The notes beneath the pieces are model-generated. The model did no database searches, had not been told where the DNA came from, and was given only the letters and a program-made list of their open reading frames with translations. Below are positions 25,041 through 33,500 of a stretch of DNA of 64,000 nt, piece after piece. How positions within the stretch are numbered: the stretch's first letter is position 1; every line of letters starts with the position of its first letter. The translations under genes were made by a program, and so were the position numbers. Where the stretch lies: assembly GCA_032718475.1 (NCBI GenBank), contig JAUCBJ010006899.1:1-64000 (forward strand), given 5' to 3'. This stretch comes from Nemertoderma westbladi. Lineage: Eukaryota > Animalia > Xenacoelomorpha.

Positions 25041-26426
25041 TTATCGACCCGCTCCTGGGTTCTTTGGGCTCGCTCCTCTCTTTCGCCCCCTTCCCAGATA
25101 CACTAATCGTCCTCTAGTCGACTCCGTTGACGGCGTCCGTGAGGCGTCACTCCCCGGAACCGACGACGACGTTCCCTGAGCCCCGACAGATTCTCGGCTC
25201 GAACTTCTCCCTCGGCCTCGTCCCAATTGTCGCGCTCCCGTGGTCGCTTCCGCCAACTCTTCCTTATGCAGTTGCACACGCGCTTTCTCCGACGCCCCCT
25301 GCGCCTTGCGCTGCAACCGTTGAGCTTCTATAATTGAATGATAGTGATCGTCCTTGACTTGACGCTTGTCTTGGACCCCTCCTCCTGGTTCTTTCCGCGA
25401 GCCTTGAGCTCCAGCGGTCGTCGCTGTGGTCGCTGCGATCCTTTGTTCCTGTATCCTCTCGGCGGTCAATGAACCCACTGGCACATGAGTCAACAAGAAT
25501 TCGTTGCGGTATTGTATAGCCGCCATCCTCCAATCACCTCGCGCGCGTACCACTTTTCTAGTCTCCGTAAATACACCCTTCGTGATGCGATCGCAAATAG
25601 CAACGAAGTTCCATGTGTACTTATTGTCCATGTTCAATTGTCTGAAGTATTCTCGGACTACGATAACTCCAGTGTTTTGTGGAAGGTCTTGAGCAGTTAG
25701 GATGAGCTCCTGATATTGTGGTAGCGATTGTAGATATGGCTCGTACGCAACATGCGATGGGTCTACCGCCCAAAACCCATATCCTGCTTTAAATGGTAAC
25801 CAACGCATCTGCGCTTGAATATGGTAATCCGCCACACTCTCCCACTTATCTAACATCTCCCGAAGTAGGTTAGCGCTATGGTTTTGAAAGGAATCATCTC
25901 GCAGCTGGCATCTCGCGCTACGATGTCCCTTTACCCCACAATATCCACATTGAGAAATGAAGACGGTGCACGTGTGAAACGAATGGTCGGTCTCATTACA
26001 CCAACGACAGACCTTATGCGCCGCCTCTACTACCGCGTCGCACGACTTTAGACTGTGCCTTGTGCTGCCGCACAATTTGCACCTACGCGCTTGTGGAAAC
26101 CAGGCCCTCTCGTATATGAGGTCTCCAATCGGTTTCGCACTTCCTTCCTTCCCAATGTCTAATACGATGTCGTCCTCTCCAGTCAACGGTTGTCGATCCG
26201 GAACAAAGTAAACATCCTCGCCCTTGTCCTCTATCTCCAATATTTCCTCCCGCGTTCGTTTCGGATATGTCTTCTCCACCGGAAGATCTACTCCGAACAC
26301 CTCTACTAACGTTTCCGGCCAGCCCTCCTTAACAGGTCTATCAGCCTCCGAGTGGAAGGGAGTACCAAACCCGCGGGTTTGATTCCCGAACCACTTCTCC
26401 AAAGCTTCTGGCGTCGGATATTCCAT
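25041..26426 (-). CDS. Cargo ORF, C-terminal part: three CCHC zinc knuckles plus RG/RS-rich basic tail (461 aa)
   Basis: CKLCGSTRHSLKSC, CRWCNETDHSFHTC and CGYCGVKGHRSARC (all CX2CX4HX4C); tail LGRGRGRSSSR...LGRGRKRG. In frame with the 771-aa ORF across GAC TGA CCG TCG ATG. Confidence 0.85.
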   Translation of the reverse strand: MEYPTPEALEKWFGNQTRGFGTPFHSEADRPVKEGWPETLVEVFGVDLPVEKTYPKRTREEILEIEDKGEDVYFVPDRQPLTGEDDIVLDIGKEGSAKPIGDLIYERAWFPQARRCKLCGSTRHSLKSCDAVVEAAHKVCRWCNETDHSFHTCTVFISQCGYCGVKGHRSARCQLRDDSFQNHSANLLREMLDKWESVADYHIQAQMRWLPFKAGYGFWAVDPSHVAYEPYLQSLPQYQELILTAQDLPQNTGVIVVREYFRQLNMDNKYTWNFVAICDRITKGVFTETRKVVRARGDWRMAAIQYRNEFLLTHVPVGSLTAERIQEQRIAATTATTAGAQGSRKEPGGGVQDKRQVKDDHYHSIIEAQRLQRKAQGASEKARVQLHKEELAEATTGARQLGRGRGRSSSRESVGAQGTSSSVPGSDASRTPSTESTRGRLVYLGRGRKRGASPKNPGAGR

Positions 26427-26432
26427 CGACGG

Positions 26433-28748
26433 TCAGTCTCCCAAATCTCCGATGTTCTGTCGATATACTCCTTCGAATATCGCTAATCCTCTCCTCACCA
26501 TCGACGTATTCTCTAACGATTGGTTGAAGAACGGGGTTAAGAAACGCTTCATCACGTCGGATTGGATTCCCCCTTTCGAGCGAACGTATTGATCTCCTCC
26601 GAATACCAATGGATGACGCTTCAAAACTCGCGCAACGATATCCGCTAATAAACAAGTCACCGTGTTCGACTCAAGCACCAAATAATATTGTAGCGACGCA
26701 CGGGGTGGCGCGCAAATGTTCCAATACACTAACGCTTGCCGCTTGAAGTGGGATTTGAACTCCGCTCCCGGTGGCGTGTTGTATTCGCCATACGCCTCCT
26801 CGTACTTCTTTTGCGTCTTTAACTTAAAGTCCCAATTATACAACAAGTGTGCTATAAAGCCCATACCAGTCTTGGCAGAGTTGGGATACTCCCTATAAAT
26901 TCCAATATCCTGTGCCCATAGCAACAATAGCTTGGTGTCGACAAACGGTCTCGGCAATCTATCTTCCAGATCAGTCATGGCGTTGAAGTCACTCTCCAAA
27001 TCGCTCTGGACTCCCGATCCCACCTTGACGTAATCTTGGTTGAGAATAGCCTCTCTAACTTTCTTGGGTAACATCCTGGCGTCGATACGCTCCGCTCCGT
27101 GCATACCTCCTCGCCTGCATACCTCCAAAATCTGTTCCCTAGGATCCTTCCCCTTCCGATATTGTGTCGTTATGATGGGCTCCGGTCTCTCTCGATCCGC
27201 CCTCACACGCATAAACACATGAGTCACACCATCGGCCGCACGAATTTGAATACACTTGCTAGTCAAGCATTCCTGATGGGACCCTCCTTCATTGTCGTAG
27301 AACATCACCCTCCAATCCTGCAGTGATTCCTCCGTCTTCCTCCACCGACGCTGAATCTCGTCTGATGGGGTCCACATGCGCTCGATCGCCTTGTGGTCAT
27401 CATATCGGGTATAAGAACCCTTCCTCCTCAGCCACGTCTGGTCTACCTCCTCGTCGTCTGGGAATGTAGCCACCGCGACCCATACCTTGATGTACTTATC
27501 CAACCATCCGAATAGCTTACTCTCCTTCCCCGGAGCTCCAATCTTATCCAACGTGTCATAATCTATGATCTGCATTGGGACATCACGCAAGAACTTCGCG
27601 CATAAAACTTCCCGTAGACAGTCAACGTTCCAATGGTCCGCCATTCTTACCATCGGCAAGAATCGTATCGCTTCTCGCGACTCCGGATGATCTACTAATA
27701 TCGCAGGTTCGGTGCCGTCGGAATAATACACCGGTCCGGGTTGAGATACGACCTGTGGAACAAATCCGGTCACTCTCCTCGTCTCCTCTTGATGTCTATC
27801 CGCGGTCTTATTATACTCCGCTATCCTGTTCTCAAATAACTCTTTCGCCTTCGCCGCTCGCTCCTCCTGCCGCAACGCGTCTATGTCGTCCTGATGCTCA
27901 GGCGTGAGGCTTCTCACTCGGTGAGGTGAAGTAAACGCAGTCCAGGGACTCGAGAGCTCCAAACCCGCGGGTTTGGTACCCGAGTCCCGCGCCGCTTCGC
28001 GCCGCGCCTCTAGATCCTTATAGGCTCGGTACAGCGAAATGGCCGCTGCCGTCTCTATCAAACTGGGTGTCGAACAGGGTTTAATCTCCGTATACGGATC
28101 TAATGTCGTAACGGTCGGCGTAATGGGTCTCGGAAGTCGCTTTCCACTGAAGTCGATACTGATCATCGGGTTGCTCATCGGGTAACCTCCCTCGTTGTAT
28201 CTAAGGAATTGGTGAGCTGGACATCGCGTTAATATCGGTTCCGGATGTTGCTCGTCTAGTCGGTCGGGAATCGCCACGTCCTGTTTATTCATGCATTCAC
28301 CACACTTGTAGAAGAGCTTGTATACGCTGAAGACCTTCGGCGTCTCCTGATCCTCGCCTCGAGTCCTCCGATACAGGTGCATTCCGTCGAACTGGTCTCG
28401 GACTGCAGGTAGAGGCTCCTCATGTCGTAAATACATATTCATATGGTATAGTCGTGCGATTTCCTCGTCCGGATCTGCGCTAATGTCGCACACGACCAAA
28501 GCAAAGTCGTAGGGATACCGCGTGCGATACTCTTTCCGCAAAACTTCCATCCGGTCCCCCAACGCTCTCATTCTTTCTCTCCGTAATTCTTTATCATAAC
28601 TTGGTTTATACTTCCCGTTCAGCTCCATCACGGACCGCCCATGGTAGTAAACGTTAGAGTCTTTACATCCTGGTCGCGCGAATGGTAGCTCCGCCTCCTC
28701 TCTGGCAGTAAATCCTCTGCGCGGTTGCGCTCTAATATCCCTCTCCAT
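26433..28748 (-). CDS. Cargo ORF, N-terminal part: DEDDy (RNase D/WRN/EXD2/Mut-7-like) 3'-5' exonuclease domain after an unknown N-terminal region (771 aa)
   Basis: ExoI VMFYDNEG (27288-27296), CIQIRA, LPKKVREAIL.Q.YVKVGSGVQSD (ExoII, 27000-27026), FVDT, GMGFIAHLL...K, YW...LQYYLVLE (ExoIII YxxxD/E, 26670-26690). Order and spacing match DNA_pol_A_exo1. Confidence 0.8.
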   Translation of the reverse strand: MERDIRAQPRRGFTAREEAELPFARPGCKDSNVYYHGRSVMELNGKYKPSYDKELRRERMRALGDRMEVLRKEYRTRYPYDFALVVCDISADPDEEIARLYHMNMYLRHEEPLPAVRDQFDGMHLYRRTRGEDQETPKVFSVYKLFYKCGECMNKQDVAIPDRLDEQHPEPILTRCPAHQFLRYNEGGYPMSNPMISIDFSGKRLPRPITPTVTTLDPYTEIKPCSTPSLIETAAAISLYRAYKDLEARREAARDSGTKPAGLELSSPWTAFTSPHRVRSLTPEHQDDIDALRQEERAAKAKELFENRIAEYNKTADRHQEETRRVTGFVPQVVSQPGPVYYSDGTEPAILVDHPESREAIRFLPMVRMADHWNVDCLREVLCAKFLRDVPMQIIDYDTLDKIGAPGKESKLFGWLDKYIKVWVAVATFPDDEEVDQTWLRRKGSYTRYDDHKAIERMWTPSDEIQRRWRKTEESLQDWRVMFYDNEGGSHQECLTSKCIQIRAADGVTHVFMRVRADRERPEPIITTQYRKGKDPREQILEVCRRGGMHGAERIDARMLPKKVREAILNQDYVKVGSGVQSDLESDFNAMTDLEDRLPRPFVDTKLLLLWAQDIGIYREYPNSAKTGMGFIAHLLYNWDFKLKTQKKYEEAYGEYNTPPGAEFKSHFKRQALVYWNICAPPRASLQYYLVLESNTVTCLLADIVARVLKRHPLVFGGDQYVRSKGGIQSDVMKRFLTPFFNQSLENTSMVRRGLAIFEGVYRQNIGDLGD

Positions 28749-29509
28749 TATGCCTCGCGTATATACATATATATATATCCCAATAAGTGCCGTTACGTAA
28801 CCAACTACACTGTGGGTAAATCAGTTAGATGCCGCCGAAGGACAGACCTCCCGAACCCCCCCCCGCCTTCCAGCAGTTCAGGTTCGACTCTCTAGATCCC
28901 GTCTCTTCCTAACTAACTATCCTCTAACCTATTCCCATGCATAGCGCAAAAACTTTGGAGATAAACTGGCCGTGACCAACTCACTTTTTGATGCCCAAAC
29001 TACTCCCATTACTCCTACTAAACTACAGTAGTTAGAAAGGACCATAGCCACAATACTCGACTATACCAAACCCACAGGTTTGATAATCGAACATCACACA
29101 TCCTGCAAACTACTGAGTGGGGTCCGTGCACGCCTCTGGTGCTACTAACCTTTAGCACCCTAGTTGCACTGTTGGCACCAATCTGTGGAAGTTGCTAAAC
29201 TCAATTTACACTCCTACGTAATATAGCCGTCACCATGGTTTCTAAATGCTATTTTCCAGGCTTCACGACTTTCAAATTACTGTTTATCTATAGACGAATT
29301 CTAAAACGCGTCTATACACAGCGTCTGGAATTGTCTTGGGTTCACTTCTAATTTTTTAAAATTTTAAATTTTCCAAAAAATTTTTGAAAATAAAATTTTG
29401 TTTTGATACCCACCAGACAAAACTCAACGCAAATCACCACAACCCCGCTCCTATGCATTTCCGTGTATTTGCATACGAGGAATGCATACGAAGTGAGTTG
29501 CCTCTAACA

Positions 29510-30560
29510 CTAACTCTGTTTGGAGGCAGGAGACAAATTATAATCTCCCGTCTCGATACGTGTCTCCTCTAATAACACAATATCTTGGACCGGTCGGTCC
29601 AAGGTGTGTAAACCATTAGTTTTACACTTTTTTGGGTGCGGACACTTGCACCTAATTTTCACAGTGACTGTGCGCACTATGTTTTGCACGTCTGGGTGTG
29701 TGTGCGAGATCACTCCTGTCTCCCAATACTTTCTCTTGACAATGGGTTCGGTTATCAACACGTAATCTCCCCTTTGGAGACTCCGAACCGTTTTGTACCA
29801 CTTTGTTCTGGTAGATATGGTGGGAAGATAGTATTCCCGCCAATATTCCCAGAATGTGTACGCCACAAACTGTGTTACTTTCCAGCTTTTACGACTATAT
29901 AGGTCGGCACTAATGGGTTCTGATGCCGGCACAAGAAATGCTGGACTCTGCATTAGCAAATGATTCGGCGTTAATGCAACACCGTCTGGCAACATAGCTA
30001 TCGGACTCGAGTTTAGGGTATGCTCGATTTCAATGAAAGCTGTGACCAGTTCGTCGTCGGTAAGTTGTTTGTTCACAGGCAACGTCTTAGCAATGGCCTG
30101 CTTTACAGAGCGAACTAAACGCTCCCAACTTCCTCCTCTCCAAGGACTCTCTGGAGTATTGAATCTCCATTCTACTCGTTGCGGCAAAAGTGCTGCAGAA
30201 ATTTCCTTATTCTGTGCTACTTTATGAGCCGCATTCAACTCGCTATTCCCTCCGACAAAGTTTGTACCCTTGTCAGAGTAGAACGCCTTTACTAGTCCTC
30301 TCCTGGCCATAAATCTCTTCAAGGCCAGGAGCAGAGATTTGGTCGACATGTCTGCCACACGCTCGATATGTATGGCTCTACTAGCCATACATGTCAGTAG
30401 CAGACCCCATCGCTTGTGGGTCAGCCGTCCACTCTGCTTCAATCGGACCAAAACAATCCACCCCTGTGTTCGTAAAGGGTGGGTCATATGCCTGCACTCT
30501 CGCTTCCGGGAGTTCAGCCATCTCCTGTTCCAATACTCTGGTGTTCACCCTCTTGCAAAC
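29510..30560 (-). CDS. BEL/Pao integrase core and C-terminal (DUF5641-like) region, frameshifted from pol
   Basis: CLVCK..EMAELPEARV..PFTNTGVDCFGP (frame between the listed ORFs), TCMASRAIHIE, YSDKGTNFVG, PWRGGSWERLV, LTPNHLL, FW..W..YYL....RTKW. Two frameshifts near 30565 and 30440. Confidence 0.92.
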
Positions 30561-33500
30561 CAGACAGGCGTCGTACTGCCCTGCTTGGCTGCAATAGAAT
30601 GAATCGCTGTCTCGCTGCCGACAGACAGTGTAACTTTCCCGCGTGATGCAACCTCTTGTGTATATCCCATAGAATCGCTCTTTGCAATTCCATCGGGTAA
30701 CTAGGGATTATCACTGGGAATCGAAACTGTGAGTTTATGTCGACAGTCTGGATTCTCGATCTATGACAAATCAAACCCTTATGGATTAATGGACTCCATT
30801 TTCTAAGGGGTTTATAGAGAACTGGTCGTTGAGCCGATAATAGATGGAATTCTTTAGGGAAGGCACACATTTGATAATGTTTCAAATGCTTTAATTCCGC
30901 TTGATCAATCTCATCCTCCGTCAGAGGTTGTTTCAATTTCCGAATTCGCTCACTATTGGTGCTCAATGGTTCTCTCAAATGTTTCGAATATTTTATACAA
31001 AGGTACGAAACGTATCGGCTTAACCACGCAGTTCTTTTACAAATTGTCAGCCAAGAGGCAGACGAATTTAGTAATTTGTCATAAACACTGCATGACTCTA
31101 ATGCCAGCGACGGTTGTCCGCTAACCAATGGAAGTTTCGAATCCAAACCCGCAGGTTTGGAAACCAAAGACTCCATTTTGTCGGTCATTTTCTGTCCGTC
31201 ACTTACCAACTGTGACTCCGGTTTAGTCTGTAAGGGTGGTTTTACGTCATAACTTACCCTTCCAGACCTAGTAGTCACGTAAGTCTGTTGGTCTGACAGG
31301 TCTCCGGGCCGCTCCAATAACTCTTCAGGCCGCTCTAATGACTCTTCAGGCCGCTCCAATGACTTAAGTTTGGCTTTAGACTTCGACTTAGAGACTTTCT
31401 CCACTTTGACTTCTGCATCTTCAGGCATCGGATTGGTCACTATCTTTAGTCGCTCTGGCCAATGTTCCTGTGTCCTCGTTAGAAAATCAGGTCCATGCAA
31501 CCAAAACTCCTGCGACTCTTCCTGACAGAATTCCGCCGGCATTGCACCTCTCGAAGTTATGTCGGCCGGGTTCAACACTCCCGGACAATGTCTCCATTGT
31601 TCCTTCGTCGAAAAGTCGACGATCTGAGCGCGTCTATTGGCCACAAATGTCTTTAGTGCAATATTGTCGGCCGCAATGTATACTAACACCAAGGATGCGT
31701 CCGTCCAATAGAATAAGGTCAATGTCGTGTCTAACTCCTCAGTTATTTGCTTACTTACCTCGACCGAAACTACAGCCGCCTGTAACTCTGCACGAGGGAC
31801 AGTCATGTATTTGACCGGCATTGTCTTTGATCTAGAAGTCACAAAGGCCGTCTCAAATTTGTCCTGACTTACCTCTCGGCGAAGGTAGGCTACCATACCA
31901 AAGCCGGTGTCACTTGCGTCACTGAACAGATGCCGCTCTAAATCAGTTGGAAATACCAGCTGATTCGGAAAGTAGGAACGGGGTACATCTATATTTTTCA
32001 ACAGATGCAACTCGGCTTCCCACTCCCTCCACTGCTTTGCATGTATAGGAGATATTGGTTCGTCCCACTCTAAGTCGGACAACCAAATTTTCCTCATGCA
32101 CGCTCGTGCCTGTAATATAACCGGACTGATAAAGTTCATCGGGTCAAATAGTCTACTTAATGTCGATAAGCAAATCCTCTTTGTCAAAACTTTGTCTGGG
32201 CTACTGGGCTCAAATCTAACTCTTACCTGGAACTTATCCGAATTCGGATTCCAAGCGAGTCCCAGTACTCGCGCCATGGGGATTGGTTCTACCCCCAATT
32301 CTATGTCTCCGCTCCCGCGATCCTTTACCGGGAACGATTCTAATAGGGCCTCCGAGTTAGTAGTGAACTTGGTCAGAGGAAATCCCCCTGTAGCCAAGCA
32401 CTCTTGCAGGCCGTGAGCCACTTCTATGGCTTGTTCCGCCGTGTCCTTGGACACCAAGCCGTCGTCCATATAGAAGTTTCTCAAGATAGACTCGATTACT
32501 TCTACTGGATACTTACCAATCTGGGCTGTTGCCGTTTTCTTTAGAACGAACAGCGTGCCATTCGGACTATCGCGGGCGCCAAATATCCTAACGTACATTT
32601 GGTATGTAACCACTGGGCCGGATAAGTCTTCATTCTCAAACCAGAGAAAGCGAAGGCTATCCTGGTCTGCCTTACAGGCTCTTACCTGGTGGAACATCGC
32701 CTCGATGTCACAAGTAAATGCGAATCGCCGCTGTCTAAAACGCAACAGTATTCCAATCAAATAGTTATTCAGGTTGGGACCATCCATCAACTCTGAATTC
32801 AGGGACATACCTCTATAGACTGCTGCGCAGTCGTTGACTACTCGGACTTTGTCTGGCTTGTCGGGGTGAGTCACATAGTGGTGTGGAAGGTAATAAGTCT
32901 GGTCTGTCACTAAGTCAGGGTCCTCTACCTTCCCAGCAAATCCCTTGGCGAAATAGTTGTTGATCTGGGCGCAATACTTCTCCCTAATGTCCGGATTCTT
33001 CAACAACCGAGCCCTTACTCCGTTTAATCTTTTCAAGGCTAAGCTGTAGTTGTTCTCCAACTTAGGTGGTTGTCGACGCCACAACATTCCAACTTCAAAA
33101 TGTCCAGTCGGTAGCAGACGTATGGTGTCTTCCATCATCTCCAACGACCGTTTCTCATCAGTAGACATGGCTAGGTCATATCCACCGGGTTCCATTGCGT
33201 CCCTATCCAGCCATTCGACAGTTCTGGCTCCTGTCTCGAGGTCCTGGCGTATCAATTCCTTCTGTAATTCCTCCTCACTGTATTGGAAAATGTCTAGGTC
33301 TCGATATTTAGCCGCTTGACCCTCCACTATGTCTGTATAAGTCAAAACGTTAGTCAGATAAGTAGCGTGGGCCGCTGAACCAGACCCACGGGTCTGATAA
33401 CAGTAGTCCTCGGGTTCACTATCTGTCCGGTCGTTATGAAGTGGTTCCGACAACCTAACATTATCGGGAATCAACTCCTCGTCCGACTCGCTAAAGTCAC

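Noticed and set aside
25041-28748. env gene in the third-ORF position
   Set aside because: No signal peptide, TM anchor or Cys-rich ectodomain; the motifs indicate an exonuclease and zinc knuckles.
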